This document shows positions 39,932 to 50,070 of a stretch of 64,000 nt of DNA, one piece after another. Made by a program: the position numbers and the translations under genes. The DNA lies in assembly GCA_030024085.1 (NCBI GenBank), contig JASEJE010000010.1, positions 24,132 to 88,131 of the forward strand, read 5' to 3'. The DNA is from Bacillota bacterium (lineage in GTDB: Bacteria > Bacillota > SHA-98 > UBA4971). How positions within the stretch are numbered: the first letter of the stretch is position 1; every line of letters begins with the position of its first letter. The notes beneath the pieces are model-generated. The model made no database searches and was not told the DNA's origin. It saw only the letters and a program-made list of their open reading frames with translations.

Positions 39932-40846
39932 ATGAATCGTGTGACCGCCGCACCCGTAAAGGGACGCGACTTCAACTCATGGATAGACAAGAGGTTACCT
40001 GTGCTGTTCGTCGCGCCGGTTGTTGGCATCTTGTTGACTCTCGCCATCGGGCCTCTGCTCTTCATCTTCATTACGAGTTTCATGTCATGGGAGCTGGTTT
40101 CTGCGGCGGCGCCGCAGTTCATCTGGTTCAGAAACTATCTCAACATTGTCCTGGACTCTAGATTCTGGAACGCAATGAAGAACACGCTGATCCTCCTCGT
40201 CGGAGGAGTGGGGCTCCAGCTAGTCCTCGGCCTCATTACCGCGCTCCTGTTGAACAGGGAATTCAAGTTGAAAAGAGTAGTCACCTCGCTCTTCCTGATC
40301 CCTATCACGATTGCCCCAGTTGTGGTCGGCTTTCAATGGCGCGTGATATACCACGAGTCCTTTGGCCCGCTCAACTACATCATCCGCATGCTCCGTCTTG
40401 GCAACGGCTTCGCGTGGCTGGCCGACACGCGTACGGCTCTGTTCTCCATCCTCGTGGCAGAGGTGTGGCAATGGACACCTTTCGTCACCATTGTCCTCCT
40501 TGCGGGGCTCCAGTCGATTTCCCCTCGCGTGTACGAGGCTGCAAACGTAGACGGCGCCACCCCTTGGCAAGTCTTCCGGCGGGTGACTCTCCCATTGCTG
40601 AAGCCCACCATAATAATTGTTGCGCTCTTCCGGGTCATGGACGTCTTTAAGATCTTTGACCTTGTTTTCCTTCTCACCGGAGGAGGACCTGGGACTGCAT
40701 CAGAGAGCGTGAGCTTGTATACCTATATCAACGGATTCCGGTATTTCAGCATGGGCTACGCCACAGCACTGGCTGTGATCCAACTCCTGATCGTGACCAT
40801 CATCTGCATGAACCTGGTCAAGATGATGAAAGTGAGGCGTGCGTAA
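39932..40846 (+). CDS. CUT1 ABC permease
   Basis: WQWTPF...LAGLQSI...YEAANVDGA (EAA loop). Confidence 0.93.
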   Translation: MNRVTAAPVKGRDFNSWIDKRLPVLFVAPVVGILLTLAIGPLLFIFITSFMSWELVSAAAPQFIWFRNYLNIVLDSRFWNAMKNTLILLVGGVGLQLVLGLITALLLNREFKLKRVVTSLFLIPITIAPVVVGFQWRVIYHESFGPLNYIIRMLRLGNGFAWLADTRTALFSILVAEVWQWTPFVTIVLLAGLQSISPRVYEAANVDGATPWQVFRRVTLPLLKPTIIIVALFRVMDVFKIFDLVFLLTGGGPGTASESVSLYTYINGFRYFSMGYATALAVIQLLIVTIICMNLVKMMKVRRA

Positions 40847-41687
40847 CGTGAAGGATCAGGCGGTACGTTCGAGAAAGTCGTGGCAGCTCACGTTGATCTA
40901 CGCTTCAATAGGGGTTCTGCTTCTCATCAGTCTGTTCCCCGTGTACTGGATGTTCATAGGCTCGGTCAAGCAGCGCGGGGAATTCTACACATCACCTCCG
41001 GTGTTCGTGCCGAAGCAACTGGAGTGGGAGAATTTCGGCAGGGCTTTGGAGCGAGGCGGCGCGAAGGGCATCAAGGACAGCCTGGTCGTGGCTGGCTTGA
41101 GTTCGCTGTTGGCAATCGTGCTCGGATCCCTGGCAGCTTACAGCATCGCTAGATACGGAACCGGAGGAGACAACCTCTCATTTTGGATTCTGTCAATTAG
41201 GATGGCTCCGCCCGTTGCCGGGGTGATCCCGATATTCATGTTGATGCGGTATGCCCGCCTGCTTGATACTTACTCCGCGCTCGTGCTGGCCTATTGCTTG
41301 TTCAACCTGCCCTTTGCCGTATGGCTCATAAAAGGTTTCTTCGAAGACATCCCCGCCGACATGGAAGGCGCAGCCCTCGTCGATGGCTTCAATCGACTTC
41401 AGGTGTTCTGGAGAATCGCGCTTCCCCTGGCTGTGCCTGCGCTCATAGTAACCGGCCTGTTCTGTTTCATCTTTTCCTGGAATGAGTTCTTGTTTGCTCT
41501 CGTCCTCACCAGGTCTCGGGTGACCACTCTGCCCGTGATCATATCTGGGATGGTCGGCGGGCACGAGATCATGTGGGGGGAGATATCGGCCCTTTCAGTC
41601 TTGACCTCGCTTCCCGTAGCTGCCCTGGCGTTGTTGCTGCAGAGATACTTGGTGCGTGGACTGACGCTGGGTGCAATGAGGGGTTGA
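40839..41687 (+). CDS. CUT1 ABC permease
   Basis: NLPFAVW..KGFF..IP..ME.AALVDG, FIFSWNEFLFA. Confidence 0.93.
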   Translation: MRNVKDQAVRSRKSWQLTLIYASIGVLLLISLFPVYWMFIGSVKQRGEFYTSPPVFVPKQLEWENFGRALERGGAKGIKDSLVVAGLSSLLAIVLGSLAAYSIARYGTGGDNLSFWILSIRMAPPVAGVIPIFMLMRYARLLDTYSALVLAYCLFNLPFAVWLIKGFFEDIPADMEGAALVDGFNRLQVFWRIALPLAVPALIVTGLFCFIFSWNEFLFALVLTRSRVTTLPVIISGMVGGHEIMWGEISALSVLTSLPVAALALLLQRYLVRGLTLGAMRG

Positions 41688-41772
41688 GTGTTCAGAGATG
41701 ACCCCCCGGTGCGGTCAACGTTCGCGCGGGGGTCGCGCGGCATCATTCCTAACGAGTCAGGAGAGTGTGACA

Positions 41773-42699
41773 ATGAGGACACAACCCAGAATCGTCGTCG
41801 TCGGCAGTTTCATGATGGACCTCATGTCCAGGACACCGAGGCTTCCTGTCCCGGGCGAGACGGTCATGGGGGGGCCTTTCCAAATGGGCCCCGGCGGGAA
41901 AGGGTCGAACCAAGCTGTGGCCGCAGCAAGGCTGGGCGCTGACGTTTCCATGGTGGTTTCATTGGGAAGGGATTACTTCGGTGACGTCGCGTACAACAAC
42001 CTGGTGCAAGAGGGCGTGGACGTCGGGTGCGTCAAGAGAGTTGACAATGTTTCCACCGGTGCCGCGCTGATAATGGTGGACGAGAAAAAGGGCGAGAACA
42101 TGATAGTGGTGGCTCCTGGATCGAACAACGAGTTAGGCCCGGAGGATGTTGACAGGGCCAAGGGGTTGATCCTGGGCTCACACTGCATGTTGGTGCAGCT
42201 GGAGATCCCTCTAAGCACTGTGGAGTATGCCATCGGGCTCGCGCACGACAACAATGTCGGCGTCATACTCAATCCCGCGCCCGGGAGACCCCTGCCCGAT
42301 GAGTTGTTCCAGAAAGTCGACGTGCTGACCCCGAATGAGAGCGAGGCTTCCGCCATCACGGGACAGCCAGTGGTCGACGTCAACACGGCGGGGAGGGCGG
42401 CACGGGAACTGCTGGCACGCGGATGTCGAAATGTCGTGATCACCCTCGGCGCAGCAGGGGCGCTCGCAGCAAACGGGGATGGAGTGCATCTGGTATCCGG
42501 CTTCAACGTGAAGACCGTGGACACCACGGGCGCAGGCGACGCATTCAACGGAGCTCTGGCTGTAGCCCTTGCCGAGGGCCAGTCCCTGCTCGATGCCGTG
42601 AGGTTTGCTAATGCAGCGGGGGCCCTGTGTGTCACGAAAGTGGGTACGGCCCCGGCCATGCCTAGCCGTCGGGAGGTCCAGGAGCTTCTGGCACGCTGA
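41773..42699 (+). CDS. rbsK: Ribokinase / deoxyribokinase (PfkB family)
   Basis: VVGSFMMD, P.PGET, GGKGSNQAVAAARLG, QLEIP, NPAP, DTTGAGDAFNG. Confidence 0.9.
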   Translation: MRTQPRIVVVGSFMMDLMSRTPRLPVPGETVMGGPFQMGPGGKGSNQAVAAARLGADVSMVVSLGRDYFGDVAYNNLVQEGVDVGCVKRVDNVSTGAALIMVDEKKGENMIVVAPGSNNELGPEDVDRAKGLILGSHCMLVQLEIPLSTVEYAIGLAHDNNVGVILNPAPGRPLPDELFQKVDVLTPNESEASAITGQPVVDVNTAGRAARELLARGCRNVVITLGAAGALAANGDGVHLVSGFNVKTVDTTGAGDAFNGALAVALAEGQSLLDAVRFANAAGALCVTKVGTAPAMPSRREVQELLAR

Positions 42700-43040
42700 G
42701 TGCCGTTGCGGAAATGCTTTCGGCTGTTGGCAGCGTGCGCCCCGGTGATTGCGCGATAGACATCAGAACGCTGCCGCCTGCTTGGCGGTCGGGGTCTTGG
42801 TGAAGCGTGCCCTGCTCAAGGAGCCGTTCCCCGGGGCAGCACTGGCAGCCGGGCGAGCGCCGCAGACGGGGCAGGGACCGACGCAATACACCCTCACTCG
42901 GCGCGCATGTCACTGTTGCAGGACGGGTCGTCAAAGGACAGCCGATTTCGAGGTTGAACGGTGTAGCCTGAAGCTCAGACCTCAAGTGCAGACACCAACA
43001 GGCGAGACAGTCGCAGGAGCGGAATGCAAGCCCGTGGCAA

Positions 43041-43071
43041 GAGCAGGGGAGGAGGCGCTCCCCCCTGCTCT
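43041..43071. terminator. Hairpin downstream of the minus-strand SASP gene
   Basis: GAGCAGGGGGA...CCCCCTGCTC stem. Confidence 0.5.
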
Positions 43072-43126
43072 CTATCGCAAGCGGTTACGAGACTTGCCCA
43101 GGGATATGGGCACCTATCGCTCCGTG

Positions 43127-43486
43127 TTACTGCTGAAGGCCAGTGGCAGTGAACCCGGCCTGCTGCCCGACGTTCTGCGCCGGAAGGCTGCCAGGCAGGT
43201 TATACGTGCCGGTCGTGCCGAGGTTGGCGCCAAGCCCGGCCCTGAAGCCCGCCTTCACGTTGACTGCGCTCTGCTCGACGAGCGATCTCTCGGCTGCCTC
43301 GATCATCCTCTTGACCATGTGGCCGCCGACCGCGCCGCACTGGGCGGACGGGATGTTACCCCAGTAGCCACCGACGATCTGGTTGGTGGGGAAGTTGATC
43401 TCGTTCGCGATTTCGTACTTCCACTGGTCCAGGGCGTTGCCCGCCTCGACCACGAGAGCGCGGTTCCTCTTCTGTCCGCGTGCCAT
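43127..43486 (-). CDS. Alpha/beta-type small acid-soluble spore protein with C-terminal extension
   Basis: ALDQWKYEIANE...WGNIPSAQCGAVGGHMVKRMIEAAE. Upstream ACATA-N17-AACACTA is sigG-like. Confidence 0.9.
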   Translation of the reverse strand: MARGQKRNRALVVEAGNALDQWKYEIANEINFPTNQIVGGYWGNIPSAQCGAVGGHMVKRMIEAAERSLVEQSAVNVKAGFRAGLGANLGTTGTYNLPGSLPAQNVGQQAGFTATGLQQ

Positions 43487-43802
43487 TGCTATTTCACCTC
43501 GCTTTCCTTTTCTGCTGCTAGTGTTGCCTTAAGGAAAGACTGTATGTTAGCGAATGTGTGGCAGGGTTGCACATGAAGTTCCATTCCGGGCGCCGAACCA
43601 GACTCCATGACTTGCGCGTCTTGCGCGTCTTGCGCGTCGTGCCTGACTCCTGGTAAGGAGGTTTCTTCAGGATATCTTGTCCAGGAAGGAACGCCGGAGT
43701 GTGTGGAGAAGTAACTCGGGCAGCCCGTTTCGGCAGTCGATCCCGGACTCGTACCTCGCGACAGCCGCAGCAATTCAAGCAGGAGGAGGCAACTCAACCA
43801 CA

Positions 43803-44507
43803 GTGCGGTTTCTTTTCCAGATGTTCTGGTCGTTCTTCAAAATCGGCGCATTTACGTTCGGCGGCGGCTACGCCATGGTCCCTCTCATCCAGAAGGAGGT
43901 CGTGGATGCCAGGAGATGGGTGACAGATGAGGAGTTCATCGATATGCTGGGCCTCGCCCAGACGGCTCCAGGGCCCGTCGCAGTGAACACCTCGGTATTC
44001 GTGGGATACAAGAAAGCACGGTATGTGGGAGCGATCGCGGCGGTCATCGGTGCGACCCTCCCCTCGTTCCTCGTTATCCTGGCGGTGGCCGCGCTCTTCG
44101 CCGAGATCAGGCATCTTCCCGCGGCTGAGGCTGCCTTTTCCGGTGTGCGGCCGGCGGTCGTCGCACTGGTCGCGGGCGCCGCGTACAAGATCGGCAGGAC
44201 GGCCATCCGTGACGTCCGCGGGATCGTCATCGGGGCGGTCGCTCTCGTCGCCATCGCGGTCTTCGACGTCCATCCCATACCGGTGATCGTGGGGTCGGCG
44301 ATCGTGGGCTATCTCCTCTACCGGAAGGACATCCAGGCAGAACCGCAGGCCGTGAGAGCGCGAACGGCCGGACCGCGAACTGAGGTGGGCGGTTCGGGGC
44401 CGTCAGACCAGGTCTCTGGCGACACAGACGGGATCGCCCACGCAGCGCCAGGTGCAGCGGACCCGCCGGACGCCGCCGGCGACGGAAAGGTGGCGAGCGC
44501 GGAATGA
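43803..44507 (+). CDS. Short-chain chromate transporter (ChrA) subunit
   Basis: FFKIGAFTFGGGYAM, AQTAPGPVAVN, GVRPAVVAL. Start position uncertain. Confidence 0.92.
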   Translation: MRFLFQMFWSFFKIGAFTFGGGYAMVPLIQKEVVDARRWVTDEEFIDMLGLAQTAPGPVAVNTSVFVGYKKARYVGAIAAVIGATLPSFLVILAVAALFAEIRHLPAAEAAFSGVRPAVVALVAGAAYKIGRTAIRDVRGIVIGAVALVAIAVFDVHPIPVIVGSAIVGYLLYRKDIQAEPQAVRARTAGPRTEVGGSGPSDQVSGDTDGIAHAAPGAADPPDAAGDGKVASAE

Positions 44508-45022
44508 TGCTCCTCAAGCTTTTCCTGACGTTTGCCAAACTCGGGCTGTTCACGTTCGGCGGCGGCTACGCCATGATACCGCTCATCCAGAAGGATATCA
44601 TCGTTGTCAAAGGCTGGCTGACGATGAAGGAGTTCGTGGACATAATCGCCATCGCAGAGATGACACCGGGCCCGGTCGCCATCAACTCGGCCACGTTTGT
44701 CGGCTATAAGCTGGCAGGGGTGCCGGGGGCCGCTGCGGCCACCATCGGGGTCATATTCCCGTCGTTTGTGATAGTCGTGGCCTTCGCCACGCTCTTTCTG
44801 AGGCATAAGGACGCCCCCGCCGTGAAAGCCGTGTTCAGGGGTCTCCGCCCGGCGGTGACGGCGCTCATAGCTGCCGCAGCCATTTCGCTCGTGAAGGCTT
44901 CTTTCGTGGACATCGCGGGACCCATCGTCGCCATCGCTGTGCTTGTGGGCATGCTCAGGTTCGATCTGCACCCCATTCTCGCGATCGTGCTGGCGGCCGT
45001 GGTGGGAGTGGTGCTTTACTAA
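44504..45022 (+). CDS. Short-chain chromate transporter (ChrA) subunit
   Basis: FAKLGLFTFGGGYAM, AEMTPGPVAINSATFVG, GLRPAV. Confidence 0.93.
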   Translation: MMLLKLFLTFAKLGLFTFGGGYAMIPLIQKDIIVVKGWLTMKEFVDIIAIAEMTPGPVAINSATFVGYKLAGVPGAAAATIGVIFPSFVIVVAFATLFLRHKDAPAVKAVFRGLRPAVTALIAAAAISLVKASFVDIAGPIVAIAVLVGMLRFDLHPILAIVLAAVVGVVLY

Positions 45023-45243
45023 GTACGGCGCCACGAGTTTGTGCCACTTCTCCTGACGGTGCTGGGACTGCCGGTGCTTGCCAGGGCGGGGCGCCTGGAT
45101 TTGGCAAGCCTGAATGCCAGATCTAGCGAGGCTCACCGCACGCGCCGTCCCCGGAGTGCAACACCGACAACCCTGCAACACCGGCGACCCTGGACAGGAC
45201 TTCCGCGATGAAAAGTAGCGCGGATTCATGGCGGTCTACTCAG
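45019..45243 (+). mobile_element. MITE-like element, type-1 termini
   Basis: CTAAGTACGGCGCCACGAGTTTGTGCCACTT ... AAAAGTAGCGCGGATTCATGGCGGTCTACTCAG, with an internal inverted core. Homologous to 58658-58870. Confidence 0.75.
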
Positions 45244-45358
45244 CACGGCTCATGAATGATGCAGGGAACAGGCGAGTACGGACGCATGACATGGCACAAC
45301 CTCGGCCCCAGGGCGTGATCTACGTTAGCTCAGATGTCAGGTGAGGGAGGAATGGCGA

Positions 45359-47632
45359 TTGAAACACCAGGGGCAGCGTATCGCTGAAACGGTCGAAGCC
45401 GGTGGGGTTGGCAGCGCCGGTGATACCACGAATACCATGGATACCACGAATACCCTGGAAGCTACGAATGCCGGGAACGCCGGGAACGCCGCGAGGGTCC
45501 TCATGTCTGGAAACCAGGCCATCGCGCGGGGCGCCTACGAGGCAGGCGTGGGCGTCGCATGTGCATACCCCGGCACTCCCAGCACCGAGATCCTGGAGCA
45601 CATGCGGGCCTTCGAAGGCATCTACGTCGAATGGTCCCCCAACGAGAAGGTGGCGCTCGAAGTCGCGCTGGGCGCCGCCATAGCAGGTGTGAGGGCGCTT
45701 GCCGCCATGAAGCACGTGGGCCTCAACGTTGCGGCGGACCCGCTCTTCACGGCGGCATACACAGGGGTGAACGCGGGCCTCGTAATCGTGTCCGCGGACG
45801 ATCCCGGCATGCATAGCTCCCAGAACGAGCAGGATAACAGGCATTACGCGAGGTTCGCGAAGATCCCCATGCTCGAGCCGTCCGACTCGCAGGAGGCGAA
45901 GGACTTCGTCGGGCTTGCCCTCGACATCAGCGAGAGGTTCGACACGCCCGTCATGCTCCGGACCACCACACGCGTATCGCATTCGTCAGGGGTCGTGGCG
46001 CTGGGCGCGCCCCAGGCTCCGCGGCGACTTCCGTATAAGAAGAATCCTCCGAAGTACGTGATGGTGCCTGGGCACGCCAGGTTGCGCCGCATCGAGGTGG
46101 AGGCCCGGCTGAAGGCCCTTGCGGACTTCGCCGAGGATTTCGCACACAACACCATTGAATGGAACAGCCCCCGCGTGGGGATCATCGCCAGCGGGATAAG
46201 TTACCAGTACGCCAGGGAGGTTCTGGGGGAAAACGCATCCTACCTCAAGTTGGCGCTCACGAACCCGATCCCGGAAGGGGTTATACGGAGGTTCGCTGCG
46301 CGGGTCGACCGGCTCTACGTCGTGGAAGATCTTGACCCCTTCCTCGAGGACCATATCCGCGCGCTTGGTATAGGCGTTACCGGAAAATCGCTGCGCCCCT
46401 CTACTGGCGAGCTTACGCCGGAGATGATCAGGCGGGCGATGGCAGGTGAAGGCGTTCTCGATCGCGCTGGCGCGGGGATCTACGCGCTGGGTGGCCGAGA
46501 GGGCAGCGCGGACAGGGACCGCAGCGAGACCGGTGCGCCTGCGACGGGCGGGGGTGAGAGCAGACCGGCGGCGCTCGTCACGAACGAAAGCGCTGGCGTG
46601 GAAAGCCCGGGCGCAGGCTGCGACGGGCGAGATGCTGTCGAAAGCACCTTCGTGCCCGCTCGGCCCCCGGTCATGTGCGCGGGTTGTCCGCACAGGGGCA
46701 CGTTCTACGTCCTGAGGAAGCTCAAGACTGTCGCCACCGGCGACATCGGCTGCTATACCCTGGGCGTCGCTCCGCCTCTCTCAGCCCTTGACACGACCAT
46801 ATGCATGGGTGCCAGCATAGGCAACGCCATAGGATTCGCTGCCGCTGCGGCCGCTATGGCTGCCGATGCACCGACATCCACTGCCACAGCGGCGGCGAGA
46901 GCCACTGGTGCGCCGGCAGCTGCGGCCACTGCTGTAGCCACAGATGTAGCCGCAGATCCGACCGTGATGACCGCGTCTCCTACCAATGGCGCCGACAGGA
47001 ATGCCGCCGATGGGAAGGCCACCGGCTTCGATGCGAAGGCGACCACGGGAGCGGCTGATACGGCGGGTGGCGCCGCCATTCCACGAAAACCCGTCGCCGT
47101 TATCGGCGATTCCACGTTCGTCCACTCAGGGATCACAGGTCTTATCGACGCCGTGTACAACCGGGCGTCAATCGTCATTCTCATCCTGGACAATGGGACT
47201 ACGGCCATGACAGGTCATCAGAACCACCCGGCGACCGGCGTCACGCTGCGCGGCACGCCCACGCACAGGCTCAGCCTGGAAGGCCTTGCCCGGGCGTGCG
47301 GCGTCGAGCACGTGGCCGTTGTGGACCCGTATGACCTCGCCGCTATCGACCGGGTGCTCCGGCAGGCCATGGACGCACCCGGCCCGGCGGTGGTCGTCGC
47401 GCGAAGGGAGTGCGTCCTTCTTCCCAGTGCAAGACGGTCGGACAGGTATACAATCCGCGACGACCGCTGCACGGCGTGCAAGCTCTGCCTCGGGCTCGGC
47501 TGCCCGGCCATCGAAGTCCGCGATGGGCGGCCGGTCATAGTCTCAGGCTCGTGCGCGGGCTGCGGGGTTTGCGCCCAGGTGTGCAGATTTGACGCGATCG
47601 GGTTGCAGAAGGCAGGTGGGGATCATGAGTGA
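45359..47632 (+). CDS. iorA: Indolepyruvate:ferredoxin oxidoreductase alpha subunit, with low-complexity insertions
   Basis: SGNQAIARG, YPGTPSTEI, NEKVALE, MKHVGLNVAADP, RPPVMCAGCPHR, GDIGCYTLG, GDSTF.HSG, C-terminal 2x[4Fe-4S]. Confidence 0.95.
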   Translation: MKHQGQRIAETVEAGGVGSAGDTTNTMDTTNTLEATNAGNAGNAARVLMSGNQAIARGAYEAGVGVACAYPGTPSTEILEHMRAFEGIYVEWSPNEKVALEVALGAAIAGVRALAAMKHVGLNVAADPLFTAAYTGVNAGLVIVSADDPGMHSSQNEQDNRHYARFAKIPMLEPSDSQEAKDFVGLALDISERFDTPVMLRTTTRVSHSSGVVALGAPQAPRRLPYKKNPPKYVMVPGHARLRRIEVEARLKALADFAEDFAHNTIEWNSPRVGIIASGISYQYAREVLGENASYLKLALTNPIPEGVIRRFAARVDRLYVVEDLDPFLEDHIRALGIGVTGKSLRPSTGELTPEMIRRAMAGEGVLDRAGAGIYALGGREGSADRDRSETGAPATGGGESRPAALVTNESAGVESPGAGCDGRDAVESTFVPARPPVMCAGCPHRGTFYVLRKLKTVATGDIGCYTLGVAPPLSALDTTICMGASIGNAIGFAAAAAAMAADAPTSTATAAARATGAPAAAATAVATDVAADPTVMTASPTNGADRNAADGKATGFDAKATTGAADTAGGAAIPRKPVAVIGDSTFVHSGITGLIDAVYNRASIVILILDNGTTAMTGHQNHPATGVTLRGTPTHRLSLEGLARACGVEHVAVVDPYDLAAIDRVLRQAMDAPGPAVVVARRECVLLPSARRSDRYTIRDDRCTACKLCLGLGCPAIEVRDGRPVIVSGSCAGCGVCAQVCRFDAIGLQKAGGDHE

Positions 47633-48215
47633 ACCGACGAGAAACGTCCTCATAGTCGGCGTGGGCGGGCAGGGGATTCTGCTCGCCAGCAGGCTGCTGG
47701 CGAGCGCGGCCATCGGGGCGGGGTTCGACGTCAAGATCTCGGAGGTCCACGGAATGGCGCAACGCGGAGGGAGCGTGGTGACACATGTAAGGCTGGGCGC
47801 CCGGGTGCACTCGCCCCTGGTCGAGATGGGCACGGCCGATCTGATGGTGGCGTTCGAGAGGCTGGAGGCCTTGAGGTGGCTTCCATATGCGAGGCCGGGG
47901 GCGACGGTCATCGTGAACGACGTAGAGATTCCGCCGCTTCCCGTTATCCTCGGCGCTGAGCGGTACCCGATGGACATAACCGGCAAGCTCGCCACCGGAG
48001 GACGGTCCGTCGCCGTGGTGGACGCCGAGGCAATGGCGCGGGCGGCAGGAAACGCCAGGTGCGCGAACACCGCCATCATGGGGGTGTTCGCCCGACGCCT
48101 GGGCCTGGAGATCGCCGAGGAGCGCTGGCGGGCGGCCGTGAGCGACGTGGCGCCCCGCGGGACTGCCGACGTGAACTGGAAGGCGTTTTCCCTGGGCTAC
48201 ACATACACGAGTTAG
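47625..48215 (+). CDS. iorB: Indolepyruvate oxidoreductase beta subunit
   Basis: VGVGGQG.LL, SEVHGMAQRGGSV, FE.LEALRW. Confidence 0.94.
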   Translation: MSEPTRNVLIVGVGGQGILLASRLLASAAIGAGFDVKISEVHGMAQRGGSVVTHVRLGARVHSPLVEMGTADLMVAFERLEALRWLPYARPGATVIVNDVEIPPLPVILGAERYPMDITGKLATGGRSVAVVDAEAMARAAGNARCANTAIMGVFARRLGLEIAEERWRAAVSDVAPRGTADVNWKAFSLGYTYTS

Positions 48216-48246
48216 AAGCAGACCGCTTATGAAGGAGCATCGTCAG

Positions 48247-49074
48247 ATGTCTTGTGGCAGTAGCAACCATTTCGTGTCCCCACTTGTGGACTTCCATGTT
48301 CATTCCACCTTCTCTCCCGACGCGGACGACACGATAGATGCAATGTGTGAGGCCGCTGCAAGGGCCGGCCTCAGGGAAATCTGCTTCACAGACCACGTCG
48401 ACTTCGAGCCCCGGGACGAAAGCCACGGATACCTGCGTTTTGACGCCTATCAGGCCGCGGTGGAGCAAGCGGCAACGAAATGGCAAGGGGTCCTGGAGGT
48501 CAGGGTAGGGGTTGAAGCAGACTACCAGACCTGGTACACAGGCCAGGTACGGGAATTCCTCGCAGGCCGGCGCCTGGACTTCGTTCTCGGGTCCGTCCAC
48601 TGGGTGGACAGCCTCTCCACGACCGGCGAGATCTTTGACCGCTATGGCCTCGAGGAGGCTTGTCGTCGCTACTTCGAGAATGTGCTCGGGCTCGCGCGGT
48701 CGGGCCTGTACGATTCGCTTGCGCACCTCGATTTCATAAAACGCTATGCCTTCGAAAGATGCGGCGCCTTGCCCCTCGAGGCGTTTTCCGACGAGATCGA
48801 GACGATCCTGAGGGCGATCATCGAGCGAGGGACCGCGCTCGAGATAAACACGTCCGGGCTCAGGCACCCAGTGCGCGAGACTCTGCCCGGCGTCGAGACG
48901 CTCAGGCTGTACCGGAGGCTCGGCGGGGAGCTCATAACGCTCGGGTCAGACGCTCATCGCACCCGGGACATGGGATTTGCCATACCGCAAGCGATCGAGC
49001 TTGCGAGATCTCTCGGGTTCCGGAATGTCACGGTATTCCGCAATAGAAAGCCAGAATTTGTCAACATCGCCTGA
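48247..49074 (+). CDS. PHP-family histidinol-phosphatase-like protein (HisJ/HisK)
   Basis: DFHVHS.FS.D, FTDH, DFVLGSVH, LAHLD..KR, LEINTSG, TLGSDAH. Confidence 0.88.
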   Translation: MSCGSSNHFVSPLVDFHVHSTFSPDADDTIDAMCEAAARAGLREICFTDHVDFEPRDESHGYLRFDAYQAAVEQAATKWQGVLEVRVGVEADYQTWYTGQVREFLAGRRLDFVLGSVHWVDSLSTTGEIFDRYGLEEACRRYFENVLGLARSGLYDSLAHLDFIKRYAFERCGALPLEAFSDEIETILRAIIERGTALEINTSGLRHPVRETLPGVETLRLYRRLGGELITLGSDAHRTRDMGFAIPQAIELARSLGFRNVTVFRNRKPEFVNIA

Positions 49075-49401
49075 TGCGGCCAGCCCAGGTCAACTGTGGC
49101 AGGGGAGAGTTTCCGCGCCGCGTCAGGAAACCAGCCTCAGATCTTCTATCGGGCCGGCGAGCAGGCGCAGCGCCTGATGTAGGGCGCGAAATCGTCGGAG
49201 CGTGAGGAGTCTGGCGGCAGGGTATGGCGCTTGCAGTAAGGTAGGCAAAGGTAGGGCACCAGTAGCAGGGGAGGACGCTGGTAGCAAGATAGGACGCTGA
49301 CAGCAGGATTGGGCGCCGGCGGGCATCCACCAGCACGACCCTCACATAGGCCGTGTGCGAGCCGGGAATCATATGCGTACCAGGTGAAAGGGGGGCTTGC
49401 G

Positions 49402-49701
49402 GTGCCGGCCAGAAAGAATCGGCCTGCTACGAAACGCGCGGGGCGCCCGCTCGACGCGCTCAAGTATGAGGTCGCCAGGGAGATGAACCTCCCGGAAGAG
49501 GTATATCAGCATGGCTACTGGGGCAATCTTTCGTCCAGGGAATGCGGTGCCGTCGGAGGACACATGGTCAAGAGAATGATCGAGGCCGCCGAGAAAGCCA
49601 TCGCTGAGCAAGTGGCAGCCGAGGCAGTGGCCGGATTCCGGTCCGGCCTGGGGCTACCTGTGGGGAAGGAAAATGAAGCGGGAGCGCCACCCGAGTCGTA
49701 G
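49402..49701 (+). CDS. Alpha/beta-type SASP with C-terminal extension
   Basis: LDALKYEVAREM...WGNLSSRECGAVGGHMVKRMIEAAE. Confidence 0.9.
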   Translation: MPARKNRPATKRAGRPLDALKYEVAREMNLPEEVYQHGYWGNLSSRECGAVGGHMVKRMIEAAEKAIAEQVAAEAVAGFRSGLGLPVGKENEAGAPPES

Positions 49702-50009
49702 CGCCATCCGGACTGTGACGTTACGACGCTGCGACGGACCATCACAGGTAGCTGCGGTCCCGGCCCTGGAGAAATACCCGGGTCGCGCGTAGTGCCGCGC
49801 ACGACCAGCTTCGGGGGGGGCCGTGGACCGCCGGAAGGGCCCGGTGCAAGAGCCTTCATTGCACCCGGTCCTTCCTTTGCCGCTGCCGCGGGACCGCCAT
49901 CATGTCCTACCTTCCGCACGCAGCACTCGGCATTGTGGGGTGGTTTCCCCGGGCTGGTGAACGTATCACAATAGGCTAACCCAATCGCGCCCGCCCCATA
50001 CGTTCCCTG

Positions 50010-50038
50010 GCATATCTTTCGTTCGAAGTGTGAAACTA
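50010..50038 (+). promoter_or_regulatory. sigG-like promoter of the SASP gene
   Basis: GCATA-N17-GAAACTA. Confidence 0.5.
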
Positions 50039-50070
50039 TAGGCAGAAAACGCGAAGGGTGGTGAAGAGGA

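Noticed and set aside
42749-43576. 275-aa plus-strand ORF
   Set aside because: Antisense to a clear SASP gene, with no domain signal.
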